NCBI GenBank assembly: GCA_963708025.1
Contig: CAVPSB010000013.1
Span: 480,001 to 544,000, forward strand
DNA from: an uncultured Candidatus Rokubacteria bacterium
GTDB lineage: Bacteria; Methylomirabilota; Methylomirabilia; Rokubacteriales; DASRDR01
Reading direction: 5' to 3'
DNA: 64,000 nucleotides
The position numbers were made by a program, and so were the translations under genes. Each line of letters begins with the position of its first letter. Position 1 is the first letter of the stretch. The notes below the pieces were generated by a model. That model was not told the DNA's origin and ran no database searches. It saw nothing but the letters and a program-made list of their open reading frames with translations. Of the stretch, positions 9,057 to 18,591 are shown one piece after another.

Positions 9057-9621
9057 ATGAAGATCCTCAGCAGGCGAATGCTCAGTTGGGTTCTGTTGGC
9101 AACGGCACTGGCGGTTTCCTCGGTCCTCGGCGCTTCACGGCCGGCGGGGCGGTGGAGGTAGGCGAGCCGGCGCCCGCCTTCACGCTGGCGAGCACCACTG
9201 GTGGCGATATCTCCCTCAGCGACTTTCGGGGCAAGAAGTGGGTGCTCCTCGAGTTCTACGGCGCCGACTTCGCTCCGACGTGAGCGGCGAACCTGTCGGC
9301 CAGGAAGGCCGACTACAAGCGCTTCGAAGACCTGGGGATCCAGAACCTCGCCGTCAGCGCCAACATGACCTTCTCGCAGCAGACGTTCGCCGAATCGCTG
9401 AAGCTGCCGTTCCCGCTGCTCAGCGACTTCCCCGACCGGAAGGTCATGCGCAGCTACGGGGTCCTCAACGAGAAGATCGATGATCGCGAACAGGTCATTC
9501 TTTCTCATCGATCCGCAGGGCATCATCCGCAAGAAGTGGATCATCGAGAACGGCGGCGACGACGGTCGTCTATAGCGACACCCTCCTGCGGGATATCCGA
9601 GAGGTGATCGGCAAGCGCTGA
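9057..9621 (+). CDS. Exported peroxiredoxin-like (AhpC/TSA, redoxin) protein, probable selenoprotein (UGA at 9281-9283); three apparent 1-bp frameshifts (~9150, ~9479, ~9556)
   Basis: GGAGGAGG RBS; signal peptide; VGEPAPAFTL...SLSDFRGKKWVLLEFYGADFAPT-UGA-AANL...FPLLSD...RSFFLIDPQGIIR; frame stays open and homologous after the UGA. Confidence 0.85.
9295..9313 (+). promoter_or_regulatory. Candidate bacterial SECIS element
   Basis: Perfect 7-bp stem GTCGGCC/GGCCGAC with loop AGGAA; loop starts 18 nt after the UGA and has G at position 2. Confidence 0.72.
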
Positions 9622-9623
9622 CC

Positions 9624-10245
9624 ATGACGCCGAGCCGTCCCGGCGGCGATGGAGCATGGTCGCCCGCCTGGCTCGCCGCCCGGGCAGGGCTGCTCGCGTT
9701 CGGCCTGCTCGTCGTCGCCGTCCTGGCCGGTGCCGCCAGCGCCGACCAGCCGGCGCTGGCATCTCTTCTCAAGACCCTCGACCTCCGTGGCTATACCTCC
9801 CGCACGGCGCCTCCCCCGTTCAGTGGCAGCACGCTCGACGCCCGGCAACTGTCACTGACGGAGCTACCGGGGAACGGTCATCGTTCTGAACTTCTGGGCG
9901 AGCTGGTGTCTCGAGTGTCGCTCAGAGATGCCCGTGCTGGAGCGGCTCCAGCGCGAGTTCTCGTCGCGGGGACTCGCCATCATCGGGGTCAATGCCCGTG
10001 AGAACAAGGAGGCCGTCGGGCGCTACGCCAAGGAGCTGGGCCTGACGTTCCCACTCGTGCTCGATCCGGACGGCAAGATCAATGCCCTGTACGGTGTCAT
10101 CGGGCTTCCGACGACGTTCGTCGTCGGCCGGGATGGACGCGCCATCGCCTTGGCCATCGGACCTCGCGAGTGGGAGAGTGCGCCGGCCCGCGCGCTCATC
10201 GAGGCGCTGCTGGCCGAGCCGGCCCCAGGTCCGGCCGCCCAGTGA
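9624..10245 (+). CDS. TlpA/ResA-family disulfide reductase, frameshift near 9870
   Basis: N-terminal hydrophobic anchor; VIVLNFWASWCLECRSEMP; GLPTTFVVGRDG; GPREW. Confidence 0.9.
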
Positions 10246-11228
10246 CGGCAGGCCGCGGCGTTCTGCTGGTGCTCGGAATCGTGCTCACGATCGCAGGGCC
10301 GATGGCTCGCGCGACCGAAGCGCAATCGCCTCGCCTGGTCAAGATCGGAGCGCTGACGGAGTCATGGGGACCCACGCCGGCCATCGTCGGCCTCCGCGAC
10401 GGTCTTCAGGAGCTTGGATACCGCGAGAACCAGGACTTCGTGATCGGAGTGCGCTTCACACAGGGCAACGTCGCCGAGCTGCCCGAGGCCGCCCGCGCCC
10501 TCGTCCGCCACGGGGTGGATCTCATTGTCACCAGTGGCGGAGACATGCGGCGAAGGCCGCCCAGATGGCGACGACGCGGATCCCGATCGTCTTCATGGGC
10601 GGAAGCGACCCGGTAGAGGCAGGACTGGTGAAGAGCTTCGCGCGACCCGGCGGCAACATCACCGGGATCGCGGATCTCGAGTCGAGCTCGTGCCGAAGCG
10701 AATGGAGATCTTTCGCGAGCTCGTCCCGGGCCTGAAACGCAGTTCTCTTGGTCTACGACGCGACGAACGCCGTCGCTGTCTCGAGACTGGCAGGTGCACC
10801 GCGACGCCGCGCACCGCCTCGGCCTCACGCTCGTCGAACGACCGGTGCGGACAGAAGATGAGGCTCGATCCGTGATCAGCGCGGTCAGGAAGGGCGAGGT
10901 GGACGGAATCTTCTCGCCCCGCTCGCTGTCGCTCAATATCCCGGGCTTGATTCTCGAGATCGCACCCAAGCGGGCGATTCCGACCATGTTCGACGACGCG
11001 TTCTTCGTGGAGCAGGCCGGGCTGGCGAGCTATGCCGCGAACCTCTACGGGCTGGGCCGCCAGGCCGCGCGCCTGGTGGACAAGATCCTCAAGGGCGCGA
11101 AGCCGGGTGATGTCCCGGTCGAGCAGCCGACGAAGTTCGAGCTGGTGATCAATCTGAAGGCCGCCAAGGCGCTCGGCATCACGATTCCTCAATCCATACT
11201 GCTGCGGGCGGACCGGGTCATCGAATGA
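10242..11228 (+). CDS. Stand-alone ABC substrate-binding protein (ABC_sub_bind type), several frameshifts
   Basis: GLQELGYREN, TTRIPIVF..SDPVEAGLVKSFARPGGNITG, ILKGAKPGDVPVEQPTKFELVINLKAAKALGITIPQSILLRADRVIE. Confidence 0.88.
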
Positions 11229-11237
11229 TCGGGCGCG

Positions 11238-11996
11238 TCAGCCGCGGCCGATGAAGGGCATCTTGGTCGCCATCACCGTCATGAACTGGACGTTCGCATC
11301 GAGGGGCAGGCTGGCCATGTAGAGCACGGCGCTGGCGACGTGGGCCACGTCCATCAGCGGCTCGATCGCGACGGTGCCGTTCGCCTGCGGCACGCCCGAC
11401 GCCATGCGGGCGGCCAGGTCGGTCAGGGCGTTGCCGATGTCGATCTGGCTGCAGGCGATGTCGTACTTCCGCCCGTCCAGCGAGGTGGACCTGGTGAGCC
11501 CCGTGATCGCGTGCTTGGTCGAGGTGTAGGGCGCCGAGTTGGGCCGGGGCACGTGAGCCGAGATGGAGCCGTTGTTGATGATCCGCCCGCCGCGCGGGTC
11601 CTGGCTCTTCATGAGCTTGAACGCCTCCTGCGTGCACAGGAAAGAGCCGGTCAGGTTGGTGTCCACCACCGCCTTCCACTGCGCGTAGGTGAGATCCTCC
11701 AGCGGGACCCCCGGCGCGCCGATCCCGGCGTTGTTGAACAGGAGGTCGAGGCGGCCGAACGCCTCCTTCGTTCGCGCGAACAGGCCCTGGATGGACTGGT
11801 GATCGGCCACGTCGGTGGGGATGGCCAGCGCCTGGGCGCCCGCCGGCCCGGCCTCGGCCACCGCCTGCTCCAGCCGATCCTTGCGCCGGCCGGCCAGGGC
11901 CACCCGATACCCCTCCTTCAGCAGCGCGACCGCGACCGCCTTGCCGATGCCGCTGCCCGCACCCGTGACGATGGCGACCTTGCTCGACGATGTCAT
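11238..11996 (-). CDS. SDR family oxidoreductase
   Basis: [17 protein letters not shown] catalytic motif. Confidence 0.95.
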   Translation of the reverse strand: MTSSSKVAIVTGAGSGIGKAVAVALLKEGYRVALAGRRKDRLEQAVAEAGPAGAQALAIPTDVADHQSIQGLFARTKEAFGRLDLLFNNAGIGAPGVPLEDLTYAQWKAVVDTNLTGSFLCTQEAFKLMKSQDPRGGRIINNGSISAHVPRPNSAPYTSTKHAITGLTRSTSLDGRKYDIACSQIDIGNALTDLAARMASGVPQANGTVAIEPLMDVAHVASAVLYMASLPLDANVQFMTVMATKMPFIGRG

Positions 11997-12056
11997 GCGT
12001 AGTCTCCTCGGTTGGTCCGGTTGAGTGGCCGCCCCATGGCGGCGGGATGAGCCTCC

Positions 12057-13325
12057 TCAGCTTCCTGCCCCCGGTGCCCGACCCGCGCGGCCTGGCCAGT
12101 CGAGGACGAACCGGGTCCAGTCCCTGGCGACGACGATCTCGTCGGCGGCCGCCCGGTAGTCGGCCTCGATAGGATACGCCAGGATCCGAAGGCCCTCGGT
12201 GCCCGGGCGGCCGGCGACGTCCCAGGCCCTGATCTCGTCGAGGAGGTGCCGGGCCAGCGCCGCGCTCTCGCCGAACACGCGAAGGAAGAGATCGAACGCC
12301 GGCGGGACGCACACCCGCTCGACTGGCGGCGCCTCGCCCGGGGGACGCATCAGGAAGGCGGCGCCGTGCTCCTCGAACAGGCCGGCCGAGCTCACGTACT
12401 GTCCGGCCAGCGCGAAGAGATGGGGCACGGGGTTGGCTCCCGCGCCCGACCCCTGCATCTCGAACCAGCAGAAGCGCCCGTCGTGGAGCGCCACCCACGG
12501 GACCAGCCCGCCGTACACCTCGCGGGGCGTCACCCGCACGTCCGCCGGGATGTCCCCGTGCGGTCCGGTCAGCAGCGCGTGGGCCGCCCCGGCATCGACC
12601 TCGGCGGGGTCCCGGACCCAGAGGTTGAGCCCGGGACCGGGCCCGAGCGGCACGCGCCGGTCCGGCGCCGCGAACGCCCCGCGGAGCGTCATGAACACAC
12701 ACTCCTTCACCGAGAGGCTCGCCAGGTGACCGGCGCGACGCTCGAACGCCACCGACTTCTGGGAGCCGCCGATCGCCAGCGGCAGGACGAGGCGCCCCCC
12801 GGGCTCGAGCTGCTCGCGCCAGGCAGGCGCCACGTCCCAGGCGGCCACGGTGAGAATGATGCGATCGTACGGCGCGGCCTCCGGGTATCCGAAGCCGCCA
12901 TCCGCGCACACGACGCGCACGCGCTCGAACCCGGCCGCCGCCAGATGGGCCCGGGCCCCGTTGACGATGTCCTGGTCGAGGTCGAGGGCGGTGACCTCCC
13001 CGGTGTCCCCGACGATGTGGGCCATGAGCGCGGCATTGTAGCCGGTGCCGGCCCCGACCTCCAGCACCCGGTGGCCCGGCTCCAGGCCGAGCTGGTCGAG
13101 CATGACCGCCATGATCTGCGGCTGCGAGGACGAGCTGACCACCTCGCCATCCACCTTCTTCGTCACGATCCACCGGTCACGGTAGACCTCCTCGGGCGCC
13201 ACGTCCGGGAGAAACAGGTGACGTGGCACGTCGCGAAACGCCTGCTCGATGGCCGGCGAGCGCAGGTGGCCGCCGCGCGCGAGCTCGTCGACGAGAGCCT
13301 GGCGGAGCGCCGATGGGTCGGTCAC
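12057..13325 (-). CDS. Protein-L-isoaspartate O-methyltransferase-like protein with long C-terminal extension (FxLD-system methyltransferase-like)
   Basis: AFRDVPRHLF, SSSSQP, VLEVGAGTGYNAALMA, APYDRIILT, QLEPGGRLVLP, plus about 200 extra residues. Confidence 0.85.
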   Translation of the reverse strand: MTDPSALRQALVDELARGGHLRSPAIEQAFRDVPRHLFLPDVAPEEVYRDRWIVTKKVDGEVVSSSSQPQIMAVMLDQLGLEPGHRVLEVGAGTGYNAALMAHIVGDTGEVTALDLDQDIVNGARAHLAAAGFERVRVVCADGGFGYPEAAPYDRIILTVAAWDVAPAWREQLEPGGRLVLPLAIGGSQKSVAFERRAGHLASLSVKECVFMTLRGAFAAPDRRVPLGPGPGLNLWVRDPAEVDAGAAHALLTGPHGDIPADVRVTPREVYGGLVPWVALHDGRFCWFEMQGSGAGANPVPHLFALAGQYVSSAGLFEEHGAAFLMRPPGEAPPVERVCVPPAFDLFLRVFGESAALARHLLDEIRAWDVAGRPGTEGLRILAYPIEADYRAAADEIVVARDWTRFVLDWPGRAGRAPGAGS

Positions 13326-13358
13326 GGTGGGCTGGCGGTGGCAGGAGCGCCGCGCCGA

Positions 13359-14504
13359 CTACGCCCGCATCGAGCGGCGGCCTTGCTCGTCCAGGACCTG
13401 GTCCAGCACCCAGTTGTTGACCCGGTGCACCGCGGGCTCCCGGAGGGCAAACGGGCCGGGCCGACGGAGGGTCGAGGCGAGCCCGGCCTGCTGGGCCTCG
13501 CAGATCGCGTTGTCTTCCCCGATGCCGGTCTCCCAGCGGTGGAAGTACTTCTTGACGCCCGACTCGAAGTCGGGCCGCGCGACCGTCGTGGCGGGGAAGC
13601 AGAACCCGACCCCGAGCCGCGAGCGCGTGGGACCGAGCGGGAGGACCCGCAGCCACCACATGCAGTCCTGGGTGCAGGCGAACTGGGTGGCGGGGTGGAG
13701 CACCGTGAAGTACGTCCCGTGGGCAGGCCGGCCGGCGAGGCCGGGCACGTGGGGAAACGGCGCGGCCTCGGCGGGCAGGACCGCGATGCTCGTCTCCTGC
13801 GGGATGTAGAGCGCGTCCCAGTGCCCCCGGCTTTCCTCCTGCACCGCGTGCTGCTGGCCCAGGCTGGCGTGGTGCACGGTCCCGGTGTGGTACTCCTCCA
13901 TCGCGTTCTCGACCAGGAGCTTCCAGTTGCAGGCGACCTCGTAGTCGATGCGCCGCACGCAGACCATCCGGTCGAAGGCGTAGCACCCAAGCTTGTCGGT
14001 GAGGTCGCCCAGGTGCTCGACCAGCCCCGGCGCCGCCGGATCGAAGCTCACGAAGACGAAGCCCTGCCACGACTCGCAGCGCACGGGCGTGAGCCCCCAG
14101 CCGGCGGGGTCGAATCCCGGACGATCGCGCATCCCCGGGGCGCCCAGCAGGCGGCCGTCCGGCGCGTAGGTCCAGCCATGGTACGGGCACACGATGGTCC
14201 GACAGCGGCCGCGGCCGTCGAGGAGCCGGGCGCCCCGGTGCCGGCAGGTGTTGGCGAACGCGCCGACCCGGCCCGCGGCGTCGCGCAGCAGGACGAGCGG
14301 GCCCGGCACCGTGTCGACGGTGAGGTAGTCGCCGGGCTCCGGCACCTCGTCGACGCGCCCCACGAAGTGCCAGCCGGGCGTGAAGAGGCGCTCCACCTCG
14401 CGTGCGTGGAACTCGGGGCTCGTGTAGCACCAGGCGGGCAGCGTCTCCGCCTCGCCCACCGGACGCCGCACGCCGCGGTAGTGCGCCGGATCGAAGATGT
14501 CCAC
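13359..14504 (-). CDS. Rieske non-haem iron oxygenase alpha subunit (choline monooxygenase-like)
   Basis: CRHRG...CPYHGW Rieske motif; NWKLLVENAMEEYHTGTVH and EDNAICE iron ligands; CAGGAGG RBS before GTG at 14504. Confidence 0.93.
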   Translation of the reverse strand: MDIFDPAHYRGVRRPVGEAETLPAWCYTSPEFHAREVERLFTPGWHFVGRVDEVPEPGDYLTVDTVPGPLVLLRDAAGRVGAFANTCRHRGARLLDGRGRCRTIVCPYHGWTYAPDGRLLGAPGMRDRPGFDPAGWGLTPVRCESWQGFVFVSFDPAAPGLVEHLGDLTDKLGCYAFDRMVCVRRIDYEVACNWKLLVENAMEEYHTGTVHHASLGQQHAVQEESRGHWDALYIPQETSIAVLPAEAAPFPHVPGLAGRPAHGTYFTVLHPATQFACTQDCMWWLRVLPLGPTRSRLGVGFCFPATTVARPDFESGVKKYFHRWETGIGEDNAICEAQQAGLASTLRRPGPFALREPAVHRVNNWVLDQVLDEQGRRSMRA

Positions 14505-14648
14505 GGGAGGATGCCTCCTGCCGCTGGTGGCCTCGGGCCGCGGATCGAGAGCCTGAATCGCACGGCACCGGCGACGATCGCTCTCCGGGAGCCTAGCCCG
14601 CGCTCGAATGGCTGTCAATCGAGGGGCTCCGCTCATCGCCCGATCCGG

Positions 14649-14684
14649 GCCTCTCGTCCGATTTTCCCGCCTTTCGTCCCTTTC
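14649..14684 (+). promoter_or_regulatory. Imperfect direct repeat (20-bp period), candidate LytTR operator
   Basis: GCCTCTCGTCCGATTT (14649-14664) and GCCTTTCGTCCCTTTC (14669-14684), upstream of an operon ending in LytS/LytTR. Confidence 0.55.
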
Positions 14685-14756
14685 CTCGCGTCGTTCCCGG
14701 CCCGCGTCGCTATCGTGATCCCCGTGACGATCATGACCCGAGGAAAGGAGAGCGCC

Positions 14757-15511
14757 ATGCACCACTCCACTCGAACCGCTCTCACGACCGGGCTCCTCGC
14801 CCTGCTGGTCGTGGCCCCCGACGTCCTCGCCCAGCCGCCCGCGGCCCCGGAGCCCGCGGTCGCGCCGGCGGCGAGGGCACAGCCCGCTTCGACTACCTCG
14901 TGCGCGCGGACTTCTTCGCCGGGATGCGGGGCGACCGGGCGCGGCTCGAGCGCGCCATGCAGCTCTGCGACGAGACGCTCGCCCGCGAGCCCCGGCATGC
15001 CGAGGCGATGGTCTGGTACGGCTCGGGGCTGCTGGTCCTCGCCGGCCAGTCGTTCCGGAGCGGCGACGCCGCCAAGGGCGGCGAGCTGTGGGAGCGCGGC
15101 CTCCGGATGATGGCGGACGCCGTCGCCCTCGCCCCGGACCGGGTGGGCGTGCTCATCCCGCGCGGGGCCACGCTGCTCCTGGCCGCGCGCCAGCTCCCGC
15201 CGGGCGCCGAGAGCCGGGCGCTGCTCCAGACCGGCGTCACCGACTACGAGAAGGCGCTGGCGCTCCAGACCCCGTACTTCGAGCGGCTCTCGCTCCACGC
15301 CCGGGGGGAGCTCCTGGCCGGGCTGGCCGAGGGCTGGCACCAGCTGGGCCGGGACGAGACGGCGCGCGCCTACCTCGAGCGGATGGTCACGGAGCTGGAC
15401 GGCTCGGGCTACCAGGCGCGGGCGAAGGCGTGGCTCGAGACGGGGCCCCCGCTCGGAGGCTTCGCCTGCGCCAGCTGTCATCGGAGCGGTGGCCATGGCC
15501 CGTCGAACTGA
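14757..15511 (+). CDS. Exported TPR-like helical protein with C-terminal haem c motif (CASCH), frameshift near 14883
   Basis: AAGGAG RBS; signal peptide ending VLA-Q; amphipathic helical repeats; CxxCH at 15467-15481, 9 residues before the stop. Confidence 0.75.
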
Positions 15512-15539
15512 GCTATATACGAGCCCAGGAGGGCCCGCG

Positions 15540-16714
15540 ATGACTACCATGCGCGCTGTCGCCAGCCCGTCCGCCCTTGCCCTCGACGTCGACCGCGCCG
15601 CGGGCGCCGAGGCCGCCGCGCTCGGCGTGCGGCGCGCGGTCTTCTGGGGGATGATCGCCGGCAAGCTCCTGAGCGGCTGGGGCGTCGGGTGGGACATCCA
15701 GTGGCACGTCCGGATCGGGCGGGACTCGTTCTGGATCGCCCCGCACCTGATGACCTACGCCGGCGTCACCCTGGTCGTCCTGCTGAGCTTCGGCATCCTC
15801 GCCTGGGAGACGTGGCGGGGTCCGGCGGGGGCGAGGACGCTCCGGATCCTGGGTCTCCGGGGCACCCGCGGCTTTCACGCCGCGGCCTGGGGTATCGCGG
15901 TCACCGTGGCCGCCGCGCCGATCGACGATCTCTGGCACCGGCTCTTCGGCCTCGACGTGACGATCTGGAGTCCGCCGCACCTGCTCGGCTTCCTGGGGGG
16001 TGCCCTCAACGCCATCGGTCTCCTCCGTGTCGCCACCGAGATCTACCCGGCCGGTGGCTGGGCGCGACTCGCCGCGCTCGCCGTGGCGGGGGCCGACCTC
16101 TACGGCGGGCTGCGCTTCACGCTCCAGCCGGCGATGCTGGTCGCCTACCACCACGGGGGCGTCCGCTTCCACAGCTACGCGATGCTCGCCGCCCTGATCC
16201 TCCCGCTCGGGCTGATGGCGCCGGCCCGGCTGTCCGGCTCCCGCGCGGCGCCGCTCCTCGTGATGAGCGTGGGCTTGCTGTTCGGCGTGGTCGGCGAGCA
16301 GATCGCCCAGACGGGCTTCGCGCTCCTCCAGCCGGTCCCGGCGCTCGACGCAGGCGATCGCGCAGGATCCCACCTCGCCGATCGCCACCACCGCCGCCAT
16401 CGCGCGAAAGAACGGGGCCACGCGCCCGCCGTGGTTCATGCGGCTCCTGCCGCTCGTCACCGTGCGTCGGGATGGTCCTGACGGACCCGCGGCGGCGCCC
16501 CGTCCTGGCGACGGTCGCGTTCGCCGTGAGCCTGTTCGCCGTCACGGGCTGGTCACTGGCCGCCCGCCCCGCCTACGCCCCGATGGTGCCGGGGGCGGGT
16601 GAGACGCTCCTCGCCCTGGCCCTCACGGTGGCGGCGGCCGTCGCCGGCGGCACGGCGGCCCGGGCGCTCGCGGATCGTCTCGCCGGCGCGGGGCCGGTGG
16701 CCCGGAGCGGCTGA
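15540..16714 (+). CDS. Multi-pass membrane protein with two D-x3-H-x12/13-H motifs, frameshifts near 16350 and 16465
   Basis: AGGAGG RBS; WDIQWHVRIGRDSFWIAPH and IDDLWHRLFGLDVTIWSPPH; many hydrophobic segments. Confidence 0.78.
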
Positions 16715-16718
16715 CGCC

Positions 16719-17819
16719 GTGCCCGACGTCGGGGAGTGCGCGCGCCGCGTCTGGTCGGGCTACTGGCTCCGGATCCTGGCCACGACGTCGGCGGCGGCGC
16801 TGACCGTCGCGCTGCTCGCGCAGCTCCTCGGCGGCCGGGTCCCCTTCGGTCAGAACCTGGCGGTGGCGCTGATCCACGCGAACTGCATCGGGCTGCTGGC
16901 CGCCCTGACGCTGCCGCGGGTCGGGCGGCGCATCGACCGGACGCGCACCACGGCCCGCATCGCCGTGCTGGTGGGCGTGCTGATGGGGCTGGCGGTGGTC
17001 GGCTCGCTCCTGGCCGGGGGCATCGTCTCGCTGCTCGGGATCTTCCCGCCCGGCCGCGCGCTGACCTCCGTCTGGGTCAGCCTGCGGATCTCGGTGGTGA
17101 TGACCCTCGTGTTCGGCACCAGCATGGCGCTCTACGAGACGATGCGCTCGCGGCTCGAGGCCACCACCCTGGAGCTCCGGACCCAGGAGCTGGAGCGCGA
17201 GCGGGCCCAGAAGCTGGCCACCGAGGCCCGGCTCGCCTCCCTCGAGTCGCGGCTCCAGCCCCACTTCCTCTTCAACACGCTGAACTCGATCTCGGCGCTC
17301 ATCCAGGAGGACCCGCCACGGGCCGAGCGGATGGTGGAGCGCCTGGCCACCCTCCTCCGCTTCGCGCTCGACGCCACCGGGCGCAGCACGGTGCCGCTCG
17401 GCGAGGAGCTGCGGATCGTCACCGATTACCTGGAGATCGAGCAGGCCCGGCTGGGCGATCGGCTGCGCTACGCGGTGGACGTCCCGTCCGAGCTGGAGGC
17501 GGTGCCGGTGCCGCCGCTCGCGCTCCAGACCCTCGTCGAGAACAGCGTCAAGCACGTGGCGGCGCCCCGGCGGGCGGGCGCCACGATCCGCATCGAGGCC
17601 CGCGCGGTCGAGCGCGGCGTCGTGCTGGCGGTGTGGGACGATGGCCCCGGCGTGCGGCTCGACGTCGCCGCCGCTGGCCACGGGCTCGACAACCTCCGGG
17701 GGCGCCTGGCCGCGCTGTTCGGCTCCGCGGCCCGGCTGGACGCGGCGGCCCGGGACGGGGGCAGCGTCGTGACCATCGAGCTGCCCCCGGGTCCAGGGCA
17801 GCCCGCCGCGCGCCCGTGA
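16719..17819 (+). CDS. LytS/YehU-family sensor histidine kinase
   Basis: Four N-terminal TM segments; LQPHFLFNTLNSI H-box; LQTLVENSVKH; DDGPG; GHGLDNLRGRL. Confidence 0.93.
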   Translation: MPDVGECARRVWSGYWLRILATTSAAALTVALLAQLLGGRVPFGQNLAVALIHANCIGLLAALTLPRVGRRIDRTRTTARIAVLVGVLMGLAVVGSLLAGGIVSLLGIFPPGRALTSVWVSLRISVVMTLVFGTSMALYETMRSRLEATTLELRTQELERERAQKLATEARLASLESRLQPHFLFNTLNSISALIQEDPPRAERMVERLATLLRFALDATGRSTVPLGEELRIVTDYLEIEQARLGDRLRYAVDVPSELEAVPVPPLALQTLVENSVKHVAAPRRAGATIRIEARAVERGVVLAVWDDGPGVRLDVAAAGHGLDNLRGRLAALFGSAARLDAAARDGGSVVTIELPPGPGQPAARP

Positions 17820-18584
17820 CCAGCCGGCTCCGCGCCTACCTGGTGGACGACGAGCCGCTGGCGCTCAAGCGCCTCACCCGCCTGCTGGAGGCTACCGGCC
17901 GCGTCCGCATCGCCGGGAGCGCCACCGACCCCGAGGCGGCGCTCGCGTACCTCGCGGCCCACGACGTCGACGTGCTCTTCCTCGACATCCAGATGCCCGG
18001 GATGACCGGGTTCGAGCTGCTGGCGCGCCTGCCGGCCCCGCCGCCGGTCGTCTTCACCACCGCCTACGACCGCTACGCGGTCAAGGCCTTCGAGGTCAAC
18101 TCGCTCGACTACCTCCTGAAGCCGGTCGAGAAGCCCCGCCTGGCCGCCACCCTCGACAAGCTCGAGCGCCTGCGCGGCGGCCCCGCCCGGCCCGACCTGC
18201 GCGCGGTGGTCGCGGAGGTGGCCGCGGCCTTGCGGACCGGGCCGGCGTTCCCCGACCGGATCGCCTCCCGGTCGGGCGAGCGAGTCCAGCTCGTCGAGCT
18301 GGCCCACGTCACCCACTTCTTCGCCCGCGACAAGCTGACCTTCGCCGCCAGCGCCGGCAAGGACTACGTCGTCGAACGCCACCATCGCCGAGCTGGAGGC
18401 CCGGCTCGACCCCCGGACCTTCGTCCGCATCCACCGCGCCACCCTCCTCAACCTCGACTGGGTCCAGGAGGTCCACGCCTGGTTCGGCGGCCGCCTGATG
18501 GTGCGGCTCAAGGACGACAAGCGCACCGAGCTCGAAGTGGCCCGCGACCGGGCCCGCGCCTTCAAGGAGCGCCTGGCGCTGTAG
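17816..18584 (+). CDS. LytTR-family response regulator, frameshift near 18378
   Basis: LVDDEPLA, FLDIQMP, FTTAYD, DYLLKP; after the shift FVRIHRATLLNL...ELEVARDR. Confidence 0.93.
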
Positions 18585-18591
18585 CCCGTGC

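Noticed and set aside
15540-16714. Calling the membrane protein a true pmoC/amoC
   Set aside because: No pmoA/pmoB nearby and no visible similarity beyond the two motifs.
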